In this document: positions 42,640-53,406 of the stretch, one piece after another | Position numbering within the stretch: the stretch's first letter is position 1 | How the letters are laid out: each line of letters opens with the position of its first letter | Origin: Alphaproteobacteria bacterium | Lineage (GTDB): Bacteria > Pseudomonadota > Alphaproteobacteria > RF32 > CAG-239 | DNA length: 64,000 bases | Direction of reading: 5' to 3' | Assembly (NCBI GenBank): GCA_045577985.1 | Contig: JAZNJJ010000028.1 | Location: 133,403-197,402, forward strand | Position numbers and translations under genes: made by a program | Notes under the pieces: generated by a model | Told to the model about the DNA's origin: nothing | Databases searched by the model: none | What the model saw: the letters and a program-made list of their open reading frames with translations, nothing else

Positions 42640-43077
42640 ATGTTAATTACTTTTTTGACAATTATCGCTCCGCTGTTAATTTTGGTTCCACCTTTGCAAA
42701 GGAATCGTTTTTTTATATTATATTTTGCAATTATGATGGGAGCGGCTTATATTACAGAAAATTATTATTTTAGAGTAATAATGTTTTCTCATAAGGCTTT
42801 TTTGGTATTTATTGTATATCATTTATGTGCAATTAATTTTGTTACATTTTGGGCATACGGAGCAGATAAAAAAGCAGCCAAAAGAGGAGATTGGAGAATA
42901 CCTGAAGCTCAGTTGCATGCTTTGGAGTTTTTAGGCGGTTGGATCGGGGCTTTCATTGCACAAAAATTCTTTCGCCACAAAAATAAAAAGAAAAGTTTTC
43001 AAGCCATGTTTTGGTTTATGCTTATTTTACAAGGTGGTGCAATATATATTATTTTGAATTATTTGAAGTTGATTTGA
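42640..43077 (+). CDS. DUF1294-family membrane protein
   Basis: GADKKAAKRGDWRIPEAQLHALEFLGGWIGAFIAQKFFRHKNKKKSF matches the DUF1294 core as I remember it. Confidence 0.6.
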   Translation: MLITFLTIIAPLLILVPPLQRNRFFILYFAIMMGAAYITENYYFRVIMFSHKAFLVFIVYHLCAINFVTFWAYGADKKAAKRGDWRIPEAQLHALEFLGGWIGAFIAQKFFRHKNKKKSFQAMFWFMLILQGGAIYIILNYLKLI

Positions 43078-43089
43078 AAGGAGATTAAT

Positions 43090-44586
43090 ATGCGTTGGAG
43101 TATATTGCTTTTGGCGTTAAATATTGTTTTTATAACAAATGCCAATGCCGAACCTTTGGTTTTGAAAAATGATAATAACTATTTATCTTTAAGTATATAT
43201 AATAACTTGGCTCTGGTTAAGGACACTCGCTCTGCTGATTTAATGTCTGGAATGAATGAAGTTGTGTTTGATGGTGTTGCTGAAAAAATTCAACCGGAAA
43301 CAGCCATCATTTATGCTCAAGACGTTAAAGTTGTAGAACAAAATTATAGTTATAATCTGATGACTAATAATAATTTGATTGATCAATCAGTAGGACAAAA
43401 GGTAAAAACTGTGCGTCAAAACCCTGAAACAGGTGAAAACATTTTTGAAACAGCAACTATTATCGGTGCAATATACGGACAACCTATTTTAGAGTTTTCT
43501 TATGGTATAGAATCTAATTTTCCGGGAAGAATTGTATTTGAAAAATTGCCGAACGGAGTTAGTAATAAACCAACTTTAACAGCCAAATTAAATAACAAAA
43601 AATCCGGAAGTAAAAACCTAAATTTAGCTTATTTAACAAATGGTATAAGCTGGAAGACTGACTATGTGGCAAATGTTACTAGTTTAGGAAGATTAAACTT
43701 AACCGGTTGGGTAACAATTAAAAATGAATCCGGTATTGATTATCATAATGCAAAAATTCAAGTTGTTGCCGGAGATGTTAATACTACCAAAACTCGTATG
43801 AAAAATACGTTTGGAATGTTACTTGAGGCTGGTAGAGGTGCTAACTTGGCATATTCTGATACAGCGAATATCAGTCCGGAAAGTGTTAATAGTTATGAAA
43901 TTTATACACTTCCTCTAATGACTTCTATTGCAGATAAACAAACTAAACAAATTGGCTTAATTGAAAAAAATAATGTGATTTTCTTTAAAGAATTTGACTT
44001 AATTTCTCCTTTGTATTTTCATGAAACTAAATACGATGCAGAATTTAAAAAAGTTCATCCAAGTATAACTTACAAAATCAATAATGATAAAAAATCTAAT
44101 TTAGGTATTTCACTTCCTGAGGGAACTATTCGTTTTTATGAAAACGATAAGTTGGGAAATATGCAGTTTATCGGAGCTAGCAGAATCGATAATACGGCTA
44201 AAGAAGATACTTTGGAAATTAAACTTGGAGAAGCTTTCAATATATCTGTCAGCGGAAAAATTAAAAGTATGAATGAAAGGGAAATTTCTCGAATTCCAAA
44301 TAAAGAATGCTTTAATGTTAAAACCGTGGAAACTTACAATGTGGAAATGATAATTAATAATGCAGAAAATAATGATAATGATATTGTAATATCACAAGAT
44401 TTTCCTAGTGATTATAAGATTGTGAAAGAAAGTGTTAAGGGTAAAAAAATAAATAAAAATAGATATCAATGGTCTGTTAAAACATTAGCGAATAACAAAA
44501 ACACTTTAACTTTTACGGTTGAATTAGAAAAATCTAAGCGAAAATGCGGAGCTGATATTACAAATTTAATAGTAAATCCATTCTAG
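43090..44586 (+). CDS. DUF4139-like secreted protein
   Basis: 498 aa with a signal peptide. LAYLTNGISWKTDYVANV...LTGWVTIKNESGIDYHNAKIQVVAG resembles DUF4139/MuiA-type proteins. Confidence 0.5.
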   Translation: MRWSILLLALNIVFITNANAEPLVLKNDNNYLSLSIYNNLALVKDTRSADLMSGMNEVVFDGVAEKIQPETAIIYAQDVKVVEQNYSYNLMTNNNLIDQSVGQKVKTVRQNPETGENIFETATIIGAIYGQPILEFSYGIESNFPGRIVFEKLPNGVSNKPTLTAKLNNKKSGSKNLNLAYLTNGISWKTDYVANVTSLGRLNLTGWVTIKNESGIDYHNAKIQVVAGDVNTTKTRMKNTFGMLLEAGRGANLAYSDTANISPESVNSYEIYTLPLMTSIADKQTKQIGLIEKNNVIFFKEFDLISPLYFHETKYDAEFKKVHPSITYKINNDKKSNLGISLPEGTIRFYENDKLGNMQFIGASRIDNTAKEDTLEIKLGEAFNISVSGKIKSMNEREISRIPNKECFNVKTVETYNVEMIINNAENNDNDIVISQDFPSDYKIVKESVKGKKINKNRYQWSVKTLANNKNTLTFTVELEKSKRKCGADITNLIVNPF

Positions 44587-44591
44587 AGATT

Positions 44592-44630
44592 AACACCCCT
44601 TGTTAGCAGAAGCTAAAAGGGGTGTTTTAC
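44592..44630 (+). terminator. Hairpin terminator
   Basis: AACACCCCTT...AAGGGGTGTT followed by TT. The U-run is short. Confidence 0.5.
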
Positions 44631-44639
44631 TACTGTTCA

Positions 44640-44906
44640 TTAAAACAGCTCATGTAAATGGCGTAGAATTACAGAAAAGAAAACTATAATGAGGATAAAA
44701 CTTGCGTTATTTGCAATATATTCTACTTTATTCTCATTAGTCCTTGGTCTGTTAATTGCCCAAAGTAGTATAGCGATTAATGCTAAGAGGGCAAATCCTA
44801 AGATCATTACTAAAGTACTAACGTCTTGCTCTACTCCTAAACAAAAAGGAATTACTCCTAGTCCCACAAAAGCAAGAACTGACAATAATTTTTTCGTAAA
44901 CTTCAT
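44640..44906 (-). CDS. Small membrane protein
   Basis: 88 aa from ATG 44906 (MKFTKKLLSVLAFVGLGVIPF...) with three hydrophobic segments. I consider the longer track ORF unlikely. Confidence 0.4.
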   Translation of the reverse strand: MKFTKKLLSVLAFVGLGVIPFCLGVEQDVSTLVMILGFALLALIAILLWAINRPRTNENKVEYIANNASFILIIVFFSVILRHLHELF

Positions 44907-45093
44907 AAAAATATGTAAAAAATTTAAATTATGTCTCTCATATATCACACAACAATAGAGAATGCAAACTATTTTTAAAACACCCCCTATTTCAGCCAAA
45001 GCAGAAAGAGGGTTTGTTTCTAAGCACTATTGTTTGAATAATAATATATATGTTGGCTATATCGTAACATATTTTTGTATTGGTTAGAAGTGC

Positions 45094-45127
45094 AAAAAAA
45101 CACCTATCAGTTTTGAGCTGATAGGCG
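45094..45127 (-). terminator. Intrinsic terminator of the OMP gene
   Basis: On the minus strand, CGCCTATCAG-CTCAAAA-CTGATAGGTG followed by T7. One pair is G-U only on the minus strand. Confidence 0.75.
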
Positions 45128-45148
45128 TTTTATACGTATTATAGAACA

Positions 45149-45709
45149 TTAAAATCTATATTGAAGACCTGCTGTTACTTCCATTAAATTATCAGTATAA
45201 GCAGAGCCGATATAAGAATATCTACCAACTACGCGAGCTGACATATTTTTAGTGAAGTCATACTGCATACCTACACCGGCACGATAACCTACTCTATCAT
45301 ATCCGCGCTTAGATAATCCCTTATATTTAACATGATAGATTGCTGTACCTACTGTTGCTAATGCGCTTAATTTAGAACAGAATAACGGATATTTTCCGTA
45401 TGCATCTAAAGCATATGCAGAGAAATAGTTTTTAACATGTCGACCACCCTCTCCGTTTTTACTTTTTAATTCTCCAGATTGTTGGAAAGAAAATTCTAAA
45501 TCCCAATTTTGATATATTTGCATACCAAGATTAAATTTCATTGAATTAAAATCGTCTTTAATGTGGCGAGCTTCTCCACCTTGTTTAGCATATGAATAAA
45601 CATAATCTGCTCCTACATATGGGCGGATGTTTTTCATGTTCCAACTCATAGCATTTGCATTGGCAGCCATTAAGCAAGCAACTCCAGACAATAACAACAT
45701 TTTTTTCAT
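45149..45709 (-). CDS. Outer-membrane beta-barrel protein (OmpA-like TM / OMP_b-brl type)
   Basis: Signal peptide ending ANA-MS, alternating aromatic/hydrophilic strands and a C-terminal ...GLQYRF. Confidence 0.75.
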   Translation of the reverse strand: MKKMLLLSGVACLMAANANAMSWNMKNIRPYVGADYVYSYAKQGGEARHIKDDFNSMKFNLGMQIYQNWDLEFSFQQSGELKSKNGEGGRHVKNYFSAYALDAYGKYPLFCSKLSALATVGTAIYHVKYKGLSKRGYDRVGYRAGVGMQYDFTKNMSARVVGRYSYIGSAYTDNLMEVTAGLQYRF

Positions 45710-45852
45710 TTTTTATCTCCATTTATAAACGTTGAAAATGACAAAAAGTATTTCATAACACTTTACAAAATTGTATATAAACGTGAAAAATAAAATTTAA
45801 ATGGTAGACTATCAGAAAAAATAATTTTATTGTGTTTTTAGAGGAGATTATA

Positions 45853-46485
45853 ATGTTTGAATGCCCGAAATATAATTGCAATAAATGTCCGAGATTAGTT
45901 GATTTCAGAAATAATAATAAAATTAAATTTCCTAATTATCATAACGGACCTGTAGAATCGTTTGGTTCATTAAATGCCGAAATATTAGTTGTCGGATTGG
46001 CTCCGGGGTTAAATGGTGCAAACCAAACTAATCGACCATTTACTAATGATTATGCCGGTGATATTTTGTACCCTGCCCTGAAAAAATTTGGTTTTGCCAA
46101 AGGTGAATATAAAAAAGTTAAAAATGACGGATTTGAACTTATTAATGTCAGAGTTACAAATGCAGTTAGATGTGTTCCGCCTCAAAATAAGGTTATAGCA
46201 GAGGAAACCTCGGCTTGTAGAACTTTTTTGCAAAATGAAATAAATGAAATGAAAAATCTTAAAATTATTCTATCTTTGGGGGCTGTTTCTCATGGAGCCG
46301 TTTTGCAAGCTTTGGGATATAAAAAATCAGAATTTAAGTTTATGCACGGCGCAGAACATAAGTTATATAAACATAATATCTTATTGATAAACTCTTATCA
46401 TACGTCACGCTATAATATTAACACAAATGTTTTAACTGCTGAAATGTTTGACAAGATTATTGCGAAAATAAAAACACTTTCTTGA
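45853..46485 (+). CDS. Uracil-DNA glycosylase superfamily protein (family 4/5 type)
   Basis: GLAPGLNGANQTNRPFTNDYAGDILY, HTSRYN and an N-terminal Cys cluster (CPKYNCNKCPRL). I set the start at ATG 45853 behind GGAGA. Confidence 0.7.
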   Translation: MFECPKYNCNKCPRLVDFRNNNKIKFPNYHNGPVESFGSLNAEILVVGLAPGLNGANQTNRPFTNDYAGDILYPALKKFGFAKGEYKKVKNDGFELINVRVTNAVRCVPPQNKVIAEETSACRTFLQNEINEMKNLKIILSLGAVSHGAVLQALGYKKSEFKFMHGAEHKLYKHNILLINSYHTSRYNINTNVLTAEMFDKIIAKIKTLS

Positions 46486-46535
46486 ACTTGAAATTGCATA
46501 TACTCCGACCATATTAATTGATGAGGAGTTAGGCT

Positions 46536-47195
46536 ATGTTAAAAAAATATTTTCATAATTTGAAAAAGTGTTCTTATGCGCAAATGTATTTATCTTTACG
46601 CAAGAATATGATTTTATTTGCTCAATGGTTGATAAAGCATAATGTTAGCGAAAATCACTGTTTTCTATTTGATGTGATATTATGTTTATTCGGGCTTAAT
46701 TTTTTGGCTCTAGAAAACTATCTGTTGGCTTTGCTATGTTTGTGTTTATTTAGGTTTTCAAGAAAAATATCTGTTTTTATGTATCGATTAAAAAACCATA
46801 CGCAAAATTTTTTTATAAACTCAACTGATTATATATTCTTAGCATTATACTTATTTGGTTTTACTTTAGCTAATCCTGAAAAAAATGCAATTGGCGCTTG
46901 TTTATTGCTTGCAACTTTATTAATTAATTGTTCAACAGTAATAAACTATAACGCGTTATCTTGTTTTCTGGAAGATTTTAAATGTCAGAATATGCGTAAA
47001 TATATCAATAATGGATTAGCTAAACCGAACGAAATCTTTTATATTTTACTGATTATGTGTATTTTCCAAAATTATTTTTTGCAAATCTCTATATTTTTTG
47101 GTTTAATGTCTCTAATGAAAGCTTTATTGTTGTTTTCAATAGCTTTTTATGACTTAGAAATAAAAAATAGGGATTTAAACAAGAAAAATGATTAA
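46536..47195 (+). CDS. Polytopic membrane protein, unknown function
   Basis: 219 aa with several hydrophobic helices and an 8-nt overlap with the dsbD-like gene. Confidence 0.5.
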   Translation: MLKKYFHNLKKCSYAQMYLSLRKNMILFAQWLIKHNVSENHCFLFDVILCLFGLNFLALENYLLALLCLCLFRFSRKISVFMYRLKNHTQNFFINSTDYIFLALYLFGFTLANPEKNAIGACLLLATLLINCSTVINYNALSCFLEDFKCQNMRKYINNGLAKPNEIFYILLIMCIFQNYFLQISIFFGLMSLMKALLLFSIAFYDLEIKNRDLNKKND

Positions 47196-48933
47196 AAAAT
47201 ATGCAGTATTTCTTTTAGGTTGTTTGGTTGCATTATTCACTCCTTATGTTTGTAATGCCGAAAATATCAAAAATTCAGAAAATGTTTCTGTGAAAATGTT
47301 TACAGACGGAAACGGAGATTTTATTGCTCATTTTTCTATCAATGAGGGATGGCATATATATTGGAGCAATCCCGGAGAAATTGGAAAACCTACAGAAATA
47401 AAAGCCCAAGCAAATAATTTACAAATATTAAATCAATCTGCTCCCCTTTATCATAAAGCTTATGATATTATGGATGAATATATTTATAAAAATTCGGCAT
47501 TTTTCCATTTTAAATTAAATCCTATTGTAGCAAATAATAAAATTGAAGTTATTTATACCGAATGTAATGATGTTTGTATTTCTGAAAAATTGATATTTAA
47601 TGCCGATTTAATTGAAAAATCTTCATTGGAAAAATGGAATGAAATAAAAGAAAAAGCTGAACATTCATTTCCAACTAAAATTAAACTTAGAAGCCCTATA
47701 GACGGAAATTCCGTGTGGTTTGAGGCAAATGAAACTGATAATATTCGTTTTGTACCAAATAAAAGAGAAATAATTAAAGATGAAATTATAACTAAAGGTA
47801 TCGAAAATAATGGTATTCGTGTTAGTTGGCAAACATTAGAAAATAATATTTTGAGCGAAGCCTTGATTATGACGCCTCAAAACTCGTTTATTGCTGAAAT
47901 TGAATATATTGAGGAGCCTAAACATTCATTGTTTTATATTCTTTTATTGGCATTTTTAGGAGGAATTATTATTAATGCCATGCCTTGTGTTTTTCCTGTT
48001 TTAAGCATTAAAATACTAAGCATTATAAGACATAGTAATGGAGAAAAACGCTATAGCAATGCACTGTTATATAGTTTAGGTGTTATTTGTTCTTTTATGA
48101 TTTTAACGACAATTATTGTATATTTGAAGCAACAAGGTGAATCTTTGGGATGGGGATTTCAACTTCAATCTCCGTGGTTTGTGGCGGCAATGGCTCTATT
48201 ATTTTTAGCTATGTTTTTGTTCATGATAGATGCTGTTCCTTTTCCTATGGTTAGTAGTAATTTGCTTAGTAAATTAAATAAGCTAGATTCATTTGGAACC
48301 GGTTTTTTTGCGGTATTGATAGCTAGTCCATGTACCGGACCTTTTATGGGTGTAGCTATCGGATATGCATTCATGAGAGAAACTAGCGAAGTATATGCAG
48401 TATTTATGGCTTTAGCCATTGGGTGTGCTTTACCTTTTGCTTTGATAGAACTTTGTCCTCATGCAATCAGTAAAATTTTGCCTAAACCGGGAAAATGGAT
48501 GCGAAATGTAGAAGTTGCTCTGTCTATTCCGGTATTATTAACAAGTTTATGGCTTTTCTCTATATTAGCTACACAATTATCTTTCCGTAATACAGAAAAT
48601 AATTCAGCATTAAATTGGCTAAATTATGATGCAGATAAAATTGCCGAATTAGCTAATAATAATGAAAAAATATTTATAGATTTTACGGCTGATTGGTGTT
48701 TAACTTGCAAATTTAATGAAAAAGTTATACTGAACTCAGATAAATTTATTAACTTTGTAAAAGATAATAATGTATTTTTGTTCAAGGCTGATTTAACTGA
48801 AGAAAATAGTGAAATAAGTAATGCTCTGAGTTCTTATGGTCGAGATGGTATTCCGGTTTATGTGTATTATGAAGATGGAAAATATAAGATTTTACCGCTA
48901 TTTTTTAATGTAAAAGATTTAGTAAAAGACTAA
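47188..48933 (+). CDS. dsbD: Thiol:disulfide interchange protein DsbD family
   Basis: N-terminal GWHIYWSNPGEIGKPT, the CcdA-type TM core with MPCVFPVLSIK and ASPCTGPF, and a C-terminal thioredoxin-like DWCLTCKFNE. Confidence 0.8.
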   Translation: MIKKYAVFLLGCLVALFTPYVCNAENIKNSENVSVKMFTDGNGDFIAHFSINEGWHIYWSNPGEIGKPTEIKAQANNLQILNQSAPLYHKAYDIMDEYIYKNSAFFHFKLNPIVANNKIEVIYTECNDVCISEKLIFNADLIEKSSLEKWNEIKEKAEHSFPTKIKLRSPIDGNSVWFEANETDNIRFVPNKREIIKDEIITKGIENNGIRVSWQTLENNILSEALIMTPQNSFIAEIEYIEEPKHSLFYILLLAFLGGIIINAMPCVFPVLSIKILSIIRHSNGEKRYSNALLYSLGVICSFMILTTIIVYLKQQGESLGWGFQLQSPWFVAAMALLFLAMFLFMIDAVPFPMVSSNLLSKLNKLDSFGTGFFAVLIASPCTGPFMGVAIGYAFMRETSEVYAVFMALAIGCALPFALIELCPHAISKILPKPGKWMRNVEVALSIPVLLTSLWLFSILATQLSFRNTENNSALNWLNYDADKIAELANNNEKIFIDFTADWCLTCKFNEKVILNSDKFINFVKDNNVFLFKADLTEENSEISNALSSYGRDGIPVYVYYEDGKYKILPLFFNVKDLVKD

Positions 48934-49241
48934 TCATCTAAAATTATAAACTCATCTTCGCCAATCATATTCAAAATTGTGCGAGCTCTTTCATCTAATA
49001 AATCTAAATCTAAACTAGATGATGACATCAGTTTTACTTTCTGCTCCCAATCGTTACGTTGACGAGCATATTCAACGCTGATTTTCTCAGCCTCTGCTAC
49101 CTTATCTTGTAAAGACATATATGTGAATAAGCCTCTATCACCTTTTATGGTAAAATAAGTAAAATAGCAAAATAAACAGATGAGTAGGACAATAAAGCCT
49201 GAACTCTTACTTTTTGCAACTATGTATGAATACAATCCCAC
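48930..49241 (-). CDS. ftsB: Septum formation initiator family protein (FtsB-like)
   Basis: 103 aa with one TM then a coiled coil (LQDKVAEAEKISVEYARQRNDWEQKVKLM...LDLLDERARTILNM). Confidence 0.6.
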   Translation of the reverse strand: MGLYSYIVAKSKSSGFIVLLICLFCYFTYFTIKGDRGLFTYMSLQDKVAEAEKISVEYARQRNDWEQKVKLMSSSSLDLDLLDERARTILNMIGEDEFIILDD

Positions 49242-49315
49242 TTATTTTCCCTTTTGTTTATTCACTAAAGAATATACGAACATATTTTTATTAAAAAAAA
49301 GTTATAATTCGATAT

Positions 49316-50038
49316 TTAATAGAAATTTTCTGAATTTTTTATAAAATTAGAAGCTCTATTATCAACTAAACAACCATCTCTTAGAGTTACTTCTCTATCC
49401 ATTTTATGTGCTAATTCAATATTATGAGTAGCAATAAGAGCTGAAAGTCCGGTTTCTTTAACAACTTCTAATAATGTTAAAAACACATTATCTGATGTGC
49501 TAGGATCTAAATTTCCGGTTGGTTCATCAGCTAATAAAAGTTTAGGTGTATTTGCCAATGCTCTGGCAATAGCTACACGCTGTTGTTCTCCTCCTGATAA
49601 TTCTGCCGGACGATGATGTTCTCTATCAGTTAACCCTAGACGACGCAACAACCACATAGCTTTTTCTTGAGCTTCTTTATATTTAACTCCCGCAATCAAT
49701 TGAGGAATAATTACATTTTCAGCAGCATCAAAATCAGCTAGTAAATTATGATATTGATATACAAAACCCAAATAATCTCTACGTAATAAAGTACGAAACG
49801 AATCGGTGTTAGATGTACAAGACTCTCCATTTACATAAACTTCACCATCTGTAGGCTCTTCTAATAAGCCGGCAATTTGTAATAAGGTAGACTTTCCGGA
49901 GCCTGATGGACCAATTAAAGCTACAACTTCTTTAGGTTTAATTTCTAAATTAACATTTTTCAAAACTTCTAATGTTTCAGAACCTTGAACAAATGTTTTA
50001 TTGATATTTTTTAATATGAGTGTAGCTTTTTTATTCAT
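49316..50038 (-). CDS. lolD: Lipoprotein-releasing system ATP-binding protein
   Basis: Walker A GPSGSGKSTLL, signature LSGGEQQRVAIARAL and Walker B LLLADEPTGNLD. I set the start at ATG 50038, which overlaps the lolC/E stop by 8 nt. Confidence 0.85.
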   Translation of the reverse strand: MNKKATLILKNINKTFVQGSETLEVLKNVNLEIKPKEVVALIGPSGSGKSTLLQIAGLLEEPTDGEVYVNGESCTSNTDSFRTLLRRDYLGFVYQYHNLLADFDAAENVIIPQLIAGVKYKEAQEKAMWLLRRLGLTDREHHRPAELSGGEQQRVAIARALANTPKLLLADEPTGNLDPSTSDNVFLTLLEVVKETGLSALIATHNIELAHKMDREVTLRDGCLVDNRASNFIKNSENFY

Positions 50039-51278
50039 AACGTAAAGCCTCCGCCGGATCAAATTTTGAAGCACGATATGCCGGATAAAGAGTTGCTAAA
50101 AATGAAAGTAACAAAGTTATCACAACAATTAGTGTAACTTCTGTAGAATCTACTTTTGCCGGTAAATGTGAAAGAAAATATATTTCTGCTGAGAATAAAT
50201 CTCGCCCAGACATATTTTGCAAAAATTGGCGAATATTTTCAATATTGTTGCAAAATAATAAACCTAACGTTACTCCAATGGTGGTTCCTACTAAGCCGAT
50301 GAATGCACCGTCCATAAAAAATATACGCATTATCATTCCTCTGGTGGCACCCATAGTGCGTAAAACAGCAACATCCCTACTCTTATCCTTAACAAGCATT
50401 ATTAAACCTGTAATAATGTTAAATGCAGCAACTAAAATGATTAATGTTAAAATTAAAAACATTACATTTCGTTCAACATCAATCGCATTAAAAAATGCTG
50501 AGTTTGTTTGTTTCCAATCATATACATAGGCATCTAGGCTTACACTTTTTTCAATAAGAGCTCGCATTTTAGGGAGTTGTTTATCATCTTTAAGGCTAAC
50601 ATCAATAACTGTAGCAGAATTTTTTAAACCAAAATATTTTTGTGCAGCTTCAAGAGGCATGAAAATATAATTAGCATCATATTCAAACATTCCCATACTG
50701 AAGGTTCCTACTATTTTATATGACTTCATGCGTGGCACAGAACCAAAAGCAGTTACCTTCCCGTTTGGAGAAATAAGTGTTATTTCATCATCAACAAAAA
50801 CACCTAATTTATTAGCAAGTTTATCACCTATAACAACAACATCACCTTGGAAATAATCAATATCCATTTGCGAAAAACCATCTCGCATAACTTTTTTCTT
50901 TAAGATATCTTCTTTATTGATACCTCTAACCATTGCTCCTTCAGCAACCCGAGATGAGGAAACCAACAATTGTTTTTCAATCAGCGGAAATGCGTGTTGA
51001 ATGCCTTCTATACTTTCAATATCGGCAACAGCTTTTTTATAGTTGTTAAACGGAAATCCTGCAGATGCAACAATTGAAATATGTCCGTTTATACCGAGAA
51101 TTCTGTTTAACAGCTCTGCTTTGAAACCGTTCATTACTGACATAACAATAATCAATGTCGCAACACCTAATGCTATTCCGGTGAAAGCGAATCCCGTTAT
51201 TACAGATATAAAACCTTCTTTTCTTTTAGCTCGCATGTATCGCCATGCTGCCATACGTTCAAATTTTGAAAACAACAT
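50031..51278 (-). CDS. lolC: Lipoprotein-releasing system permease LolC/LolE family
   Basis: MLFSKFERMAAWRYMRAKRKEGFIS N-terminus, FtsX/MacB-type topology and C-terminal PAYRASKFDPAEALRYE. I set the start at ATG 51278 behind AAGAGGAG. Confidence 0.85.
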   Translation of the reverse strand: MLFSKFERMAAWRYMRAKRKEGFISVITGFAFTGIALGVATLIIVMSVMNGFKAELLNRILGINGHISIVASAGFPFNNYKKAVADIESIEGIQHAFPLIEKQLLVSSSRVAEGAMVRGINKEDILKKKVMRDGFSQMDIDYFQGDVVVIGDKLANKLGVFVDDEITLISPNGKVTAFGSVPRMKSYKIVGTFSMGMFEYDANYIFMPLEAAQKYFGLKNSATVIDVSLKDDKQLPKMRALIEKSVSLDAYVYDWKQTNSAFFNAIDVERNVMFLILTLIILVAAFNIITGLIMLVKDKSRDVAVLRTMGATRGMIMRIFFMDGAFIGLVGTTIGVTLGLLFCNNIENIRQFLQNMSGRDLFSAEIYFLSHLPAKVDSTEVTLIVVITLLLSFLATLYPAYRASKFDPAEALRYE

Positions 51279-51360
51279 AATACTCCTCTTATTTTCTATT
51301 GAATTTATAGAGAATATGTTCTTTTTGCAACCCTCAACAATGGATATACACACGCAAATA

Positions 51361-52455
51361 TTACATACCTATTCGCATATTCAATTTTAAGATATTTACA
51401 ATTGAAAAGACTGTATAAAATTGTTGGAATACTAAATCAATACGCTCTTTATTTACAGTATTAGAAAAGAATGAATTTGCTTCAAACAAATTTTGCGTTG
51501 TTGGGATTACTATTAATAAATGATTATCACGGAAAGAAAAAGCCATTCCTTTTTTGCAATTAAATAATTCTCGTAATTTAATCATTCTGTACATAAATGC
51601 TGTTGTTAACAAGTAACGTGCCTCAACTTGATCTGATGAATAAACTTCAAATATTTTTTCAAAAACACTATCTTCTAATTTAACATTAGATTTACCATTT
51701 TTTGAATTAAAAAAGTTGAATATACCTCCATCAGGAACTGCGATTGTATGACCTGAAAAATTTTTATTCATTTCTAATCTGATGCAAATTCCTTTGAATA
51801 CATGGATACCAGATGCGTGATCGATAAATGTAGGAGCTCCATTGTTTAATGGTGCAAAAGCAGATGGTTTTCTATTTACCTTTTCTTTTCTTTTACTTAA
51901 TTCTTCTTCTGAAATGGTGATACCAACATCATTATATATTCCTGAAAAATAATCATCTCCGGAATGGATATCAAAATTTTTAAACAACCCAGATGACTGC
52001 AAAGCATAATCATCAATATATTTGCCATATTGGTACTCAAATGTTCCAAAAAAGTTAGCAAATTTTCCCATTATCGTTTCTTTGACAGCCTTCTTATACA
52101 TAAGTATAGGACCGCTAACAATAGCTATAAAGATGGCGATTACAATTAAAGATGCATCATTTTTTGAATTTTGAGGGGCTCCTGTATTACTTACTAAGTT
52201 TGCAATATTTTCTATGGATAAAGAAATAACAAGCGGGCAAGCAACTAAAGATATTAATAACAAACTTATAAACATCTTAAAATACTTTTTACGAACCTTT
52301 TCATTTTCAACTAAAACAGGCTCTAAGGTTGATTTGTAATATTCATCAAATTTTCCCTTCAGGTTAATATACTCCTCTTCTTGAGTTATATCTGCCACAA
52401 AATTATCCTTGCCAAATTTTTTAACCCCTTTTACTAAATCACTGATCCTTATCAT
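51361..52455 (-). CDS. DUF3137-like membrane protein
   Basis: 364 aa with two central TM helices. The C-terminal FEKIFEVYSSDQVEARYLLTTAFMYRMIKL resembles the DUF3137 family, which often follows lemA. Confidence 0.5.
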   Translation of the reverse strand: MIRISDLVKGVKKFGKDNFVADITQEEEYINLKGKFDEYYKSTLEPVLVENEKVRKKYFKMFISLLLISLVACPLVISLSIENIANLVSNTGAPQNSKNDASLIVIAIFIAIVSGPILMYKKAVKETIMGKFANFFGTFEYQYGKYIDDYALQSSGLFKNFDIHSGDDYFSGIYNDVGITISEEELSKRKEKVNRKPSAFAPLNNGAPTFIDHASGIHVFKGICIRLEMNKNFSGHTIAVPDGGIFNFFNSKNGKSNVKLEDSVFEKIFEVYSSDQVEARYLLTTAFMYRMIKLRELFNCKKGMAFSFRDNHLLIVIPTTQNLFEANSFFSNTVNKERIDLVFQQFYTVFSIVNILKLNMRIGM

Positions 52456-52458
52456 TTG

Positions 52459-53406
52459 TTATCTCTCTATCATGTTAATTATATTAATAAATGTTTGAGT
52501 AAAGGACAGTGTTCGTTCAAACTGTCTGTGCAATCTGCGAAAACGTTCTTTATCTATCTGACGGCTCCAAAACTTATATGTATCAAAATACAGTTCACTA
52601 TCAACTAAGAAGATTTTAATTGTGTTATTACGGATTTCAGCATGAATTTTTTTGGCTCTGAATACATCCTGTAAATCAAGCAAACCTTCAAAAAATGCAG
52701 AACATAACAATTCTTTTGCATATGCTACATCTGTTGAACACATTGAAAAATAATTTGATGCCGGAATATTTAAGTCAAATTTCTGACATCCATCAGGAAC
52801 AACATTACGTTTTGAACTAGATTTATCAAATAAGAATATCTGAGCAGGAAAGTCTTCCGGCATCGTGAGATTTATACGAACTCCTTGCCCCACGACTCTA
52901 CGCCACTTTAACTTCTTATAGGTTGTTTCTTGCACGTAATCTGTATCTCTGATTTCTACTTTTACATTCTGAGAATACCCCATTGCATTGTGATAAATAC
53001 GTAAAATATTATGTTTCGGAGCCATTGGCAAATGAGCATCATATACTTGGCAATCTTTGAGGTGTTCAAAATCTCCGTAAAAGCGGATAAAAACATCAAA
53101 CATATCTGTTTTTTTATGTAAATAATATTTAATAATTGGAATAAAAATTATCAAAATACATACAAAACCTATAATTAATTGCTGTTCATAATTTACCTTA
53201 TGTCCGGACATTAAGTGCCGAAACAACTCAATCATCACATTAATTAAATATAAAAAGGATACTGACCAAAAATAAGTCCAAAATTGTGAACGATATTTAC
53301 GTTTTATATCATTATCATTATCAGCCAGTGGAGTAATTTGGTTAGCAAAATATTCCTCAAAAGGATCTATTGGCTCATTATCCGGCTTTGTTACAAAATC
53401 TATCAT
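52459..53406 (-). CDS. DUF3137-like membrane protein, divergent paralogue
   Basis: 315 aa with the same topology. FSMCSTDVAYAKELLCSAFFEGLLDL is equivalent to the block in the downstream gene. It overlaps the lemA stop by 4 nt. Confidence 0.45.
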   Translation of the reverse strand: MIDFVTKPDNEPIDPFEEYFANQITPLADNDNDIKRKYRSQFWTYFWSVSFLYLINVMIELFRHLMSGHKVNYEQQLIIGFVCILIIFIPIIKYYLHKKTDMFDVFIRFYGDFEHLKDCQVYDAHLPMAPKHNILRIYHNAMGYSQNVKVEIRDTDYVQETTYKKLKWRRVVGQGVRINLTMPEDFPAQIFLFDKSSSKRNVVPDGCQKFDLNIPASNYFSMCSTDVAYAKELLCSAFFEGLLDLQDVFRAKKIHAEIRNNTIKIFLVDSELYFDTYKFWSRQIDKERFRRLHRQFERTLSFTQTFINIINMIER